64,000 nt of DNA from NCBI GenBank assembly GCA_013239625.1, contig MU053934.1, positions 10,951,003 through 11,015,002 on the forward strand. Reading direction: 5' to 3'. The notes beneath the pieces were generated by a model, which was not told the DNA's origin, did not search any database, and worked only from the letters and a program-made list of their open reading frames with translations. This document shows positions 50,461-62,671 of the stretch, in pieces. The stretch comes from Lama guanicoe. Lineage: Eukaryota. The position numbers and the translations under genes are program-made. Position 1 is the stretch's first letter. Every line of letters starts with the position of its first letter.

Positions 50461-53369
50461 GGGGCCGGTGAGCCCGCGTCTACACGTGTCCTGGGGGACT
50501 CCGAGGCGCAGCCCGGTCTGGGCACCGCCAGCCTGGTGGCCGAGGCGCGCCCTGGACAGGGGAGGGGGTGCGTGCAGAGGGACGCCGTGTGCCGAGGGCT
50601 TGTCTCCAGGCTCGCGGCTTGGAAGCAGGGGGCAGCGTGAGTGGCTGCTCGGTGCTGGAGGCTGGACGCGCCACTCACACCGATGGCTCAGCTGGGGCTG
50701 CCAAGTGCTTTTTCCTTTTCCCTTCGCTACTGTTCTATTCCTGGACCCTACAACCATCTCCCCAGAAGGGTCCCCAGGGGCCTTTTTGATGCCGGGGCCT
50801 GAGTGGAGAAGCAGAGCCCTGCACCCTGGACTCCAGGGCCAGCAGCCAAGGGGTGGGGACCTCAGATGGGGCGTCCGGCCGGCTGACGTGGCCTCCGTCC
50901 AGCTGTGTTCCGCCTGCTCTCAGCCGCCACTTTCCTGCTGGGGTGCTATTGTGTTCCTTAAACCCTGCTGTGTCTGGAAGCTCAGCTGACCTTTTGTGGA
51001 GGAAGCTGTCTCCTCCATCAGGAACGGGGCCCCGGCTGCAGCGGGAACAGCTGGGGGTGGGAGGGACGCAGTCTGCGCGCCCGCCGTGGTCCTAAGGCTT
51101 CCGGACGCCCTGGTCATCTGAGAGGCAGGTGCCTGGCGAGGTGGCAGATGAAGGGGCTTAACTGACACAGTGTGAGGACCCCGTGAGGGCTGTCACAAGC
51201 CCCACGCACCTGCTGGGCACTTGCGGGAATTCAAGGTGTCGCCATCTGCCATCCTGCTCCGCCGTCGGCCCCGCTGCCAGGTCCTTGCCCCCTGAGGCCT
51301 CCGGCCCGGTGTGGGATCTCAGACGTACTCTCCTTGGGCACTGCCTAAATCGCGTGGGCCAAATCCATCAGTTGTTTGAACCGGAATATTTTGCCCGCCC
51401 GTAGGCGGTATTTATAGCTCAGTGATTCCTAGAGATTTGCGCACCGCACGTCTGTAATCTAGACCAGGACCTGGAAGCACTGCTCCTGAACCGCGCTAAA
51501 CCCAGCCTGGACCGGGGCCCGGGGCCCCCTCACCGGCTTCAAAGTAAAGCTTCCAGGCCGTGGGCGGGGCGAGGGCAGGAGAGGAGTAAAGGGAGGCGAG
51601 CTTGCTGGCTGGGAAGCAAGGCTTTCAAGACATTTTCTAGAACAAAGAGTGACAGGGCCGATTATAAAAGACCCTTATCTAATCACCGTGGCAGCCCTGC
51701 AGGGCCTCGCAGTAGCGTGCTGGCTTTTCATTCATTGCGGAGTGCGTGCCCCGGGGAACGAGGCCTCGTTTCTGGAATAATCGCCCATAATTGAGACCTC
51801 GCCTTACACAGGCCTCAGCCTCCTCAGTTCTGGGTGGTGCCTCGTGCGTGGTCGGCCCTGGGCTGGCACCCTGGAGGCCCCGGGGCTTAGAAACCACCCA
51901 GACCTCCCCGACCTGCCTTAATTAAGTGGTTTTCAGAGATGAGTGTGAATGTCCTATGTGCTCCTGTGTCTGCAGAGAGATGAGGGGGCTGCAGTCAGAG
52001 CTGGAGGGGCGAGCAGAGAGGACACTGCCCTCCCTGTGGGCTGACGTGGGCCCCGCTGGGTCGGCCAGAGGAGAGGCGGGAGCTGCAGCTGGGACGCAGC
52101 GCCCCAGCCACCGCCCGTCCCCCCACCACACCTGTGAGGCTGGTGTGGATGCGGGAAGGCCAGTCTGGCTGCCAGGGCCCCTCCGACCCGTCCACCACGT
52201 GACCTCTGTCACCAGCAGTGAGACAGAAGGGAGATGCCCCACCCCGTCCAGACGGCAGAAGTGCCGACTCTAGCTTTTCGGCTTGGACTGAAGGAGGACG
52301 CGGTGGAGACTGGAAACCATGCCACAGCGTCTCTGTGGCACCCCGTGTGGACTGGTGGCCCATCGCAGACACCGGGGAGGACGTTGCCTTCCCGGCAAGT
52401 GCCTCCAGCCCTGCCGCAGTGTTGTGCGTGGCCCCCGGCCCCGGCCAAGGCGGGGAGGAGGGGACAGTTCCTTAGGATGGCGGCCTCATCATCGTCAGAG
52501 CACGCCCTGTGCCTTGCTGGCCGGTTAGGGGAAACTGCCACGTTTTCCGTAGCTGAACAAAGACTCATGACTAGTCGTAGCCGGGAAACTTCAGAGCTGT
52601 CCGGGGAGCGACCCGTGGGGCCAGTGAGGCCTGATCCTGGGCGGAGGGCTGGTTGTTCAAAGTCAGGTTTACCCTCTGGACCGGCGCCAGCGGAGCCACG
52701 CACCCACGCACGGCAGGATCTCGTTAGCCCGTGGTGTGTGTGTCTCGGCCTGTCTGTTGAAGCCTTCCCCTTTCTGGAGACATGAGGCTTTCGTGAGCAA
52801 GAATCCACCAAGGGTGGCCAAGGCTCAGGGACCTCCACGGGCATCTGAACCCCGGGCGGATGGAGCGGGCCAGCAGCGCTGCCGAGTCCTGCCAGAGCTC
52901 ACCTAGTGTGGAGGCGCCAGTCCTCCGCCCGGAGCCCTGGGCCTCGGTGGTGATGCTCAGGAAGTAGCTGGCGTGGGGTCCCCGTCAGCCTCTGTCAGAG
53001 TAGGTTAGTGCGGCTGTGGTCCAGCTCAACCTCCTACCCGGGCCGGGAGTGCTGTTCCGCCCCGAGACAGTTATGTACATTCAGAACCCCCATCCAAGTG
53101 GAGGCCACAGAAGGGAAACAATATAAAAAAGGCCTGTGAGCCTTACCCCTCACTGTATGCCAGGAAATAGTCTAAATTAATCAACAATGTATGGGGTGTC
53201 TGACATTCTCCCACCACAAATATATGTGTACGCCCCCTGCTCTGCATCCACACAGAACTCCAGGGCGCTGGAAACCGGGTGTGACTGTGACCTCAAAGGA
53301 TGGAAACGTGGTGTGCTCCACACGCTCCCTGAATTTCCCAGCTCAGCCCCGGAGGCAGAGCCACACAGA

Positions 53370-53650
53370 GAGCAAGGGTCTCGCAGGTATGGTTAAGATC
53401 CATGTCTGCCAGGGTGTCCGTCCCAGACAACCTGGGCGGGCCTGACCTAATCAGTCGAGAGGCCTTAAGAGCAGAGCAGAGAAGTCCCTGGTGGGGAGAA
53501 GCCCCGCCTGTGCCCCGCCCTTCTCCAAGGCCCGCCCGCAGGCACACACTGGCCGGGCCAGAGCCTGCAGGCACGTGAGCCATTCTCTGGCCTGTGTCTC
53601 CACATGGACGTCTCCTCCAGGCTGCTTCTCTGGCCGACCCTGGACGCAGG
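53370..53650 (+). mobile_element. MLT2-like (ERVL) LTR fragment
   Basis: ctgggcgggcctgacctaatcagtcgagaggccttaagagcagag...cacgtgagccattc. Confidence 0.65.
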
Positions 53651-54944
53651 GCGGAGAACGACTCTGCTCGTTTCACTCTCCACCTGCTTCCTGCCTCAGT
53701 GTTTCCGTCAGCGTGTGCCCAGGGCTCGAGCTCCCGTGCGCAGGAGGGAACGCCTCCTCCTCGCCTGGCCCAGGCCACGTGCTCCGACCGCTGAACCTCT
53801 CCTCTGAGCTGCTCCTCCAGAGGCCTGGGAACCGTCCCTGGCTCCCCAGTGCAGCCCCTCCAGCCCAGGTCCCTTCTCAGTCAGAAACGGCCCCCAGCTC
53901 GCCGTCTGCTAACCCCCCACTCCCGCTGTCCGACTCCTGACCCCACCTCACCTGGATGACAAGCCAGAGGCCCCGTCATCTCCCAAATCACGGATTTCTT
54001 CAAGTTGCTTTCCCGTTTAGGGCTGGATCACGCTGGTAGAAATAGAAGCCTTTGAGGAAGCTGCATCACTCAGAACCGGCTTTGTTGCGCTGCAGGAAAG
54101 ATCTAAAAATACCAGCATCTTTGCGAGGTGGTGCCTCCCACCCCGGCACATGCCCGTCACAGACTGAACAGACTTGATTTCTCGCAGATGCCAAGACACC
54201 GGCCCCGCCGGGTCTCCATCGCAGCACCCCTCCGCCCCCCGAGGGCCCAGGGACAGGAAGCTGGGACGGCCGTGCACTGGCTCTCACAGGTCTGTGCGAG
54301 AGGACATGCGCCTCGGCTGAGCGCGTCACAGGGACACCAGGCCATCGCCAGGCAGGAGCACCTGCCACTCAGAGAGGGCGACGCAGACACATGGACAGGC
54401 ACCACATCCGCGCCCTCGTGGTGCAGGAGAGTCAGCAGGCTTTGGGAGGCACAGGCGGGGCCCGGGGAGGCCCTGCGGCGGCCCCTCGCCTGAGGCAGGG
54501 CCGGGGAGTGGGCAGTGCTGGCGGTAACAGCCATCTGCTCCGACGGCTCAGCCTGGCAGGTGTTTGCTCAGTGGGCCAACCGTGGGCCCTCGGATTAAGA
54601 GCAGAAGTGATGCTCTGATCCTGCAGACTCAGAAACTACCTGGTTCCTTCAGAACCACCCCGGCCCCCGTGGGCGTGGACGCGCTCAGGTGCCCTGGCCT
54701 CCGTGGACGTGGACGTGCTCAGGACAAATGGCCCACACATCTCTGCTGCGGCCTTCCTGGCCACAGGCCCCTGCACTAGAGCAGGCGGGTCCCTTCCTCG
54801 TGTGGGAAGGAGACGTGGGAACCGCAGGGTCTCAGCTAGACGGCGTCCACGAGGACTGATGGCGGTGGATCTCACGGGTGACATTGGGGAGGGATCACGG
54901 AAGCAGTCTTCGCTCTGGATAGGAGTCTGTCAGGAAGGAGGGCT

Positions 54945-55495
54945 GTGCTTCCAACTGAGACGGAAATCCCACACCGCAAAGCGTGGCCCTTTTCAAGTGT
55001 CATGCTGTGTTCTGGTGTGTTCGTGAGACTGTGCAACCATCACCACCATCAAATCACAGAAAATCTGTTATCTTGCAAAAGAACCGCCAGCCGTGGGCAG
55101 CCCCCTCCAGCCTCCCCCAGCCCCGGACAGCCACTCACCCACGTTCTGTCTCTCTGGACTGGCCTGTCTTGCACACTTCGCATCACGGGCACCACGCACG
55201 CTGTGGTGTTTAGTGACCGGCTCTCTCACTGAACGTCACGTTTTCAGAGGCCATCCACGTCCCGGCCAGGTCTGCGCAGCCCTCCTGTATGTGTCCGAGT
55301 GATGTCCCAACGTATGGGTAGACCGCTTTCCGTTCGCCCACTCTCAGATTCGGACGTTTGCGTTGTTTCCACCTTTTGGCTGCTGTGAACAACCCGGTGC
55401 TGTGAACTGGTGGACAAGCTTGTGCGCGGACATATGTCTCCCTTTCTCCGGGCGTTTGGCTCGCAGAGGAACGGTTGCGTCTCGTGGTAGCTCTG
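54945..55495 (-). mobile_element. L1MB-like 3' UTR, GC-shifted
   Basis: gtgcaaccatcaccaccatc; ttttcagaggccatccacgt; gttgtttccaccttttggctgctgtgaacaa. Confidence 0.85.
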
Positions 55496-55635
55496 CCTGG
55501 GACTGAGTCTCTCTATCCACCTGACCTCAGAGGAGGGCCACTGAGAGCGTGGCTGAGGCTGGAACGAGTAAAGGTCCCCGGGGCCCAGCAGAGCTGGGAG
55601 CCCGGGACCCACACCTGTGCTCTGCCTTGTTCTTG

Positions 55636-55866
55636 TCTGTGCTCACGCTGCTCTCGTCTCTGCTCACGCCGCTCCCGTCTGCGCTCACGCCGTTCCCGTC
55701 TCTGCTCACGCTGCTCCCGTCTGTGCTCACGCTGTTCCAGTCTCTGCTCACGCTGTTCCCGTCTCTGCTCACGCTGCTCCTGTCTGTGCTCACGCTGCTC
55801 CTGTGTCTGCTCACGCTGCTCCTGTCTGCACTCACGCTGCTCCCGTCTCTGCTCACGCTGTTCCTG
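55636..55866. repeat. 21-bp minisatellite, 11 units, consensus close to tctctgctcacgctgctcccg
   Basis: 11 consecutive 21-bp units differing only by substitutions. Confidence 0.95.
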
Positions 55867-58184
55867 TCTGTGGTCACACGTGGTCACACGTGGTTCTGGC
55901 CTGGCCTCCTTTTGAGTCCCACTTCATCCTGGGCACAGAGGAAGCACGTCCACCTGGGAGGCTGCGTCATGTCCAGGAGGGGTGCCAGCCCAGCTCCCTG
56001 GTGTGTACTGCTGTCCCCCGTCCCCCAGGCGACGTCCTGTGTGAGGGGCCCTTGTCTGGTGGGCGGGCCACAAGGCTCCCCTCCAGCCTGCGGCTGCCCA
56101 GAGCCCTCGGGCTGGGCGGAGCCAGCACCTGCCACGTGGACCAGTGCTTCCTCCAACCCGGGGCCCTGCCCCTGCCCCTGCCCCTGCCCCTGGGCCACAA
56201 GGTGCTGGTCCCCTCTGTCCTGGCAACTCAACCCCCACCTCCCGGCCCTCTGCCTGGACTACCTCTGTTGGCCCTGACGTCACATTCTCAGTGTCACTCA
56301 CTGAGACCCCACGCCGCCCCGAGCATCCCTTAGACTCCATTTTCTCCATAATTTCTCTTCAAGCAGCTATCGGAGAAGGAGAAATGGTGCCCACTGTCGC
56401 ACTAGGCATACATTTACTTAGAGAGTGGACAGACACCGAGGCCACCCCCACCTCTGACCCCCACCCCACCCCGCTCCACCCCAGCCCTCCGGCAGCTCTG
56501 ACTGGACGGCTCCTCAGGCGCCTGCCTGTGCTCCTGCTCTAATTGGCTTTAACCTAAATTCCCTCAAGTGCAAACCGGACCGTGAAGGAGAACCGCGTCC
56601 CCCACCCTTTGGTATCTCTGCTCGAGAGCGATGTGGCCAATGGCACTTTGGGGAGGGAAACCAGGTCCCAGGGCACCTCGCTGCCTCCAGGTCCCGCTGT
56701 GCCAGCCCCGCACTGGGCACCTCAGACCCGGGACCCCGTGTGTCCGGACCCCTCACTCTGCGAAGCCCCGGGGCCTCTGATGGTGCCCGCCGTCCGCTCC
56801 TGCCAACGTGCCATTTCTGATTTCATTGCGACTGGAGAGACTGGACCCCGCAGGGGACGAGAAGACTGGCCGTGCTGTTGGCTCAGGTCACTGGATGGCT
56901 TCCTCTGCTTCCCGTGTTCTGGAATTTTCTGTCGCTGGAAGATTCACCAAATGCGAATATGGTTTATTAAAAGGCTCAGCAATTCTAAGTAAACAAGACC
57001 TGCCCCAAATGCTTAGTCTGGGGCCACGTCTGCCCTGCGTGGGATGAAGAGACTGCAGATCTCTCAGAAGTTTAGAGTGACAGCCCTGGTGAGTGATGAG
57101 AAGAGAATTTGGGTTTTTTTCCTATCAAAAAACAAAAAACACCGAAAACCAACTTCCCCTGCGGTGTGTTTATTTTTTCTAAACAGGAACCACATGCAAA
57201 GGCAACAAAGTATCACCTAGGGTTTCCTCTCAAACCGTATTAAGCCTCATGCTGCGAGCGGCAAAGCTTCAAGACTGGAATTCGACACAGATGCGTTGTG
57301 CACCTACCTCGGGTCCAGCCGGCCCTGGGTACTGAGGATGGCGCTGGGGGGCGGCAGAGCAACCGGGATCGGCAGATGGGAGTGAGCACTCCTGTCAAAG
57401 TCCCCGTGGCGGGAGGAGCCAGCTCACCAGCGTCTGCGGCTAATGCTGCGGAATGTGCCTTACTCTCCGCAAGGCGTCCTGCGTTGCTGCCCGGCGCACC
57501 CAGCCCGGGGTCTCCGGAGGAGAAGACCCTGGAGCCCCAGGGCGACCGGCCGTTTCCACACCTTCTTCCCTAATCCTGACCGCAGTCACCGACGTCCAAC
57601 CGACGTCCAGCACCCCCCTGCCCGGCCCCAGGACAGACTGTGCCCCGCAGCCCCTGGCAGAGGAGGGAGTGACACAGGGGTCCGGATCGGACCGACGGGC
57701 CGTGCCTGGTGAGCGGTGCACTTGCTGCAGACGTGTCTTTCCCTAAATTCTCCCTCCGCCGAGGCAGCGGGGGAGGCGGCTGCTCCGCGTGGTCCAGCCT
57801 CCAGGAGGGGCAGCCTCCGCCTGCCTGGAGCCCTGAGGGACGGTGTAGGGCAGAGGCCCTGCCAAGCTGCGGAACCAGGGAACACTCACCAGGTTCCATG
57901 GCTAGCTGTCACCGCAGCACAGTTTAACTGGCCCTGGCTGATACAGCCTGGGAAATCCATTCCCAAAACGGACGCAAAGAAAGCGGGGGTGGAGGTCTTG
58001 GAGTTTGGTGTGTTTTAATTGAGTGTCCTAGACACTGTCCTTAGAAAGATGTGGAATTTGGTGAACACAGTTAGAAGCCTTCTTGCAAAAAAAGGCTCAG
58101 TGCTGCCTGGACAGCGCACAAAACACAAGCCTTGTGCCGTCGCAGCTGGACCTGCTGCTTTTTAAATCTGATGACTCAGCGGAG

Positions 58185-58940
58185 TTTTACGCGTATCTTT
58201 GAAGAACGCACGTCACACGTCAGTTAAAATGTCCTTCGATTTTGGTTTGTTTTGTGTTTCCCGGTGATTAGATTTGGTTTGCATCTTTGGGGCGGAAGCA
58301 CACTAGAAATAATGTTTGGGTTCTCAGGGAGGCCCAGCAGAGGCGCACGCGCAGTGGCGCCTGGACTGAGGTTCGCTGTGAGCGCCTGGCTAGGTGCTGC
58401 CGGGTCCCCGCACTGGACAGTCACTAGCTTTCCTTCTGAAATGTGTGAATCATCCCGGGGTGACTGGGGGTGGCACAAGCACCCCGCCCCCAGCGGGCCT
58501 CACCGCCTCTCCCCGACGTCGGAGCCGCTGACCTTGGCCTGAGTTAGTTGTCCTGCAATGACCGCAGGTGACGTGAGCTGATTTCCTCGCGCCCCGGGGC
58601 CTGTCAGCGAGCCTCCCGCTCTCCCCGCCCACTCGGCTGTCGCCTTGCCTGGGGATTTGCTTGTATGTGTTTGCGCATCTCCTCTACGGATGGACTCGCG
58701 GATGCTTGCTTCATTCGATGGGCATTCACCCGTGACTTCTGCCCTACTGCGATGTCCGGAGTGTCCCCGATTTGGCCCGGGGGACGAGCCTCTGTCCTTC
58801 CACCCGCCCCGGCGTGCCTGTGAGCGCCGCCTTCGTTCCTGCACAAGGTGTTTAAGGCTCAGCGGGCGCCTTCCTGCCTCGGCTCCTGGGTCCCCTTTTC
58901 CTGGGAGCCCCAGCCCCTTTTAGGGAGGAAGGTCGATGGC
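58185..58940 (-). mobile_element. L1MC4-like 3' region, inverted segment
   Basis: aatgtccttcgattttggtttgttttgtgtttcccggtgattagattt; atggactcgcggatgcttgcttcattcgatggg; cacaaggtgtttaaggctca. Confidence 0.75.
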
Positions 58941-58942
58941 AC

Positions 58943-59375
58943 GGGAGACTACAGAGAAGCTGAGGAATCTTCTGGATTGAAGGAGACTAAAGAGATGTGA
59001 TGCGGAACCCTAGATCCTCCAAACCAGGAACCAACCCTATAGAAGACACTGCCGGGGCGCGGAGTGAGGCCGGAGCCGGGACTGCCTGGTGGATTGGTCA
59101 CAGGGACAGTGCCCCGTGGCGCCCATGCCGCGCAGCTTTAAGGCGAAATCCCCATTCTACGGAAACGTGGAGTATGAAGGAGGAAACGTGACTCACCCTC
59201 AGAAGCTTCACTCAGCGCCCACCCCAGCCAGGGTGACGCGTCCGAGCACGGATGGCGAAGCAGCTGGGGGCGAGGCTGCGCAAAGCGGGGATCACCAGGT
59301 CGTCTGGTTCTTTTTCCTTTAATGCCTTTTCAGTTTTTCTAAATTTGAAATGATTTCAAAATAAATCATTGAAAG
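58943..59375 (+). mobile_element. L1MC4-like 3' terminal segment
   Basis: gctgaggaatcttctggattgaaggagactaaagaga...tttttctaaatttgaaatgatttcaaaataaa. Confidence 0.8.
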
Positions 59376-59969
59376 AGAGAGAGAGGCTGGAAGTAAGAGC
59401 TCACGTGTTCGGGTCACGGTGGCTGGGACGGCTCCACCCGCCTGCACCCTCTCCACGCCCCGGAGGCAGCGAGGCCGGTCCTGGGGACATTGGGAGGTCA
59501 CGACGCCATCAAAACGGGTCAGGCCGACTCAGAACCTGCGGGCTCCCCCCCAGCTCAGCCTCTGGTCCCCGCCCCTTCTCAGAGATTCTAGGGCTTGGGC
59601 GTGGGGACATGTAGGACAGCTGGGTGGAACTTGCATTAGCCCTGCAGGTGCTGGTGATAAAGTCAAAATAATCAGGAAGAGGACAATACCAGAGCGAGCC
59701 CCTGTTCTCTTCCTTACTGAGGAAGAGGCCGCGTGTGGGCGGACTTCTCAGGCTGAGGCTGGCCCGGCACTGGCCATCCTTGTCCAGCACACTTCCTCCT
59801 TAGTGGGACGAGGGCGTGGCCACACACAGCACCTGGCCGCACATCTGGCTGGGGAGGGATGATGGGGTCACGCAGAAGTCCCGCAGCCCCAGTGACGGAG
59901 CCCTGGGGTGGCACTTCCCTGCAACCCCCACCGTGCAGGCCTGGGAGATGCAGGAGAAACAGATGTGGG

Positions 59970-60545
59970 GCGTGAGGAGGGCCGTGTCCCAGGCTTTGAC
60001 TGAGCCCCTGGGACGTGCTCTGCGAGTTGGGCCCTTGGCTTTGCCCAGGAAAGAATTCAAGAGAGAGCCATGGTTGAGTGAAGGTAGATTTATTCAGAGA
60101 TACACTGAAGGCAATAGAAAGGCTATGAGCTGTAGGGGTTGGGTGCTCAGATTAAAAGTAGGCACACATTCCATAGACAGAATGCGGGCCGTCTCCAATG
60201 AGGGGGGGAGAGAGAGAGAGAGAGAGACACACGGGGGCAGTGGCCTCGGGCAGTGTTGCCAGTTTCTATGGGCTTGGTGGCTTCACATGCTAGTAAGTGG
60301 AAGGACCAGTCTAAGTAGCCTGGGGAAGGGGCTGGGGTTCCCAGGAAGGAGGCCATTTCCCACCCTTTGACCTTGTGTGGCCAGCCTTGGGACTGCCCTG
60401 GCGCCTGTGGGCGTGTTAGTCACCATGTTAGCATATTACAGTGGGCGTAGAATGAGGCTCAAGCTCTGCTAGAAGTCAGATCGCCCACCACCCTGAGCCT
60501 CAGGGCCTCCTGGGGGCTGAATCCTCCACCACTTTGATGTTAGCT
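59970..60545 (-). mobile_element. ERV1-like solo LTR
   Basis: cttggctttgcccaggaaagaattcaagagagagcc; poly(A) signal AATAAA on the minus strand at 60089-60094; acacattccatagacagaatgcgggcc. Confidence 0.65.
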
Positions 60546-61989
60546 GCTGTGGCGCTCTTTGAATGGCTGTGCCCCGTCCCCTTCCTGTCTCGGGGCGCTG
60601 TGCCGAGAGGTCCGGACCCCAGGAGGGAGGGTCCCTGTGGCTCTGGCGGGTGGGCAGGGGCAGCCGGCCTTGACCGAAGACTTCCTGTGAGGCAGAGAGA
60701 CCCCTGGTTTCCACGAGGCTGCGCCTTTCAGCAGCGCACACTCCCCAGGAAACGCGCTCGCATTTGAAAAATGCACCAAGCAGAGTACAGCTACCTAAAC
60801 AGGCGGGACTCCAGAGCTTGCTTCTGACTTGAGCAAATAAGATTGGGGTTTGCAGCTTGCAAATTCTCCCCAGGGGTTATGTTTCGGGGTCACTCTGCAC
60901 AATCTTGCTCTTAGAACAGTCTTCAAATAGAGAAAATGCCTAAAGCAAAAATCCTCCATTCCACTGGCTCCTCCCTCCGCCTGAGCCTGGCTCCCGCGGA
61001 GGGAGGGGGACCTTCTCTCTGCCTCCCTCGCTCCGACGGTCAGGTTCTCCCTCCAGGGGGCCTGAGAGGCTCTGGGCTCCTGTGGGGGTTACAGGACGCA
61101 CTGGGGCGTCACCCGATCGTCCCGGCTGCACAGCATGGCCTGGACTTGTGTTAGACCAGGGGTGCCATGTGCAAAACTGCCCTCTGGTCACCGTGTGGAT
61201 GCAGAAGGGCCAGGGAAACGTGCTCATTGTATTAAATGCAAATATTTAACTACCACTGCTGCCAGAGGGCTTGGGAGCCCAGAGCGCAGGCAGAGCCCCT
61301 GACCCCAGGGGACATCCATGCCTCCTTGCTGCCTCTCAGGTGTCCCTTCCTCAGTCACGATCCCCTGCAGGGCAGGCAGGGTCTGCCCCTCTGGGACTCC
61401 GCCCTGCGGGGAGGCCCTGGCCCGGGAGAACGCCAGTGAGCGAGGTGAACACAGGAACAGAGGGACTCGGCCCCTCTCTGAGGTCTGAGACCTCCTTCCC
61501 AGGAGCTGGAGCCCCCACCCACCCCTGCAGGACCCACGTGTGCCAGCCCACAGTCCACCCTCTGCCCAGCCCCGCCCCAGCTGGAGCGCCCCAGAAGGAA
61601 GAGCCCCCGCCCGCACCCCACACACCCCGCCTTCCACCTGCAGGGCGGGTCAGGCCCTCCCCTTTGGTCAAGTGCGTTCTGCATTTTTTGAGATGACAGG
61701 TGCTTGTTAAGTGTTCACTTTGCACAAGTTACTGTTCCAGCATCAGCATTGGGCACCGTCCCTGCCACCCTCCTGGGGGGGGGGGCTCCCCCAGCCCTCG
61801 GCGTGACTGCCCCGTGGCCCTTGTCCCCAGCCTCCATCCTGCCCCCACCCGGCAGATGCCGGCCCGTCCCTTCCCAGCACACCCGCTCCTCAGCCTCCAG
61901 CCCCTTGTGTCCTTTTCTCCCCCCTCCCTGCTCCGTCCTGCTTCATCCTCAAGTCCAGGAGCATAAATGTGGGCGTCCCCAGCTCAGCA

Positions 61990-62390
61990 CCCCACACCCC
62001 TCCTCTCTGTGGACTTGCTCCCAGGCCGTCTTATCCAGTCACAGGGTTTCAAGAACTGTCTCTCTGCAGGGACTCCTGAACTTACATCTCCAGTCCCCAC
62101 GTCTCCCCTCCCTCTGTCCCTCTGTCCCTCCCTCCCTCCTTCCTTGAATTCACAGCCAAACACTCCGCAGACTTGAATGTTTAATGAACATCTCAAGTGT
62201 TATATGTGGGACTCCAGGCTCTTGATTTCTCCTCAAAACCTGCTCCTCCCTATCTTCCCGCCTCCGTAAAGGGGAAAATGTTCTTTCCATTTCTTAGGCC
62301 AAAGTCCGGGGATGTCACCAATTAAAACTTCCCTCTGCCTTTCACACCTTGTTTTTGATCCGTGAGCAAGGCTGCTACCTCCACACATCC
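61990..62390 (+). mobile_element. L2 LINE ORF2 fragment
   Basis: acttgaatgtttaatgaacatctcaag...ctcttgatttctcctcaaaacctgctcctccc...cttaggccaaa. Confidence 0.75.
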
Positions 62391-62395
62391 TCATT

Positions 62396-62435
62396 CCCAG
62401 CCCCACACCCCCGTACCCAGCCCCACACCCCCGTC
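62396..62435. repeat. 20-bp tandem repeat running into the assembly gap
   Basis: cccagccccacacccccgta followed by cccagccccacacccccgtc, then Ns. Confidence 0.8.
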
Positions 62436-62436
62436 C

Positions 62437-62671
62437 NNNNNNNNNNNNNNNNNNNNNNNNNNNNNNNNNNNNNNNNNNNNNNNNNNNNNNNNNNNNNNNN
62501 NNNNNNNNNNNNNNNNNNNNNNNNNNNNNNNNNNNNNNNNNNNNNNNNNNNNNNNNNNNNNNNNNNNNNNNNNNNNNNNNNNNNNNNNNNNNNNNNNNNN
62601 NNNNNNNNNNNNNNNNNNNNNNNNNNNNNNNNNNNNNNNNNNNNNNNNNNNNNNNNNNNNNNNNNNNNNNN
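62437..62671. other. Assembly gap (235 N)
   Basis: Run of N. Confidence 1.

Noticed and set aside
55636..55866. CRISPR-like array
   Set aside because: Units are contiguous with no unique spacers, there are no cas genes, and the context is mammalian
55475..56333. Cys-rich (keratin-associated or metallothionein-like) and coiled-coil-like ORFs
   Set aside because: They are translations of the 21-bp minisatellite in different frames
58171..58223. ATGACTCAGC (AP-1/ARE-like) plus tandem CACGTCA as a stress-response enhancer
   Set aside because: A single short motif is expected by chance, and the CACGTCA pair looks like a 7-bp duplication within L1-derived sequence
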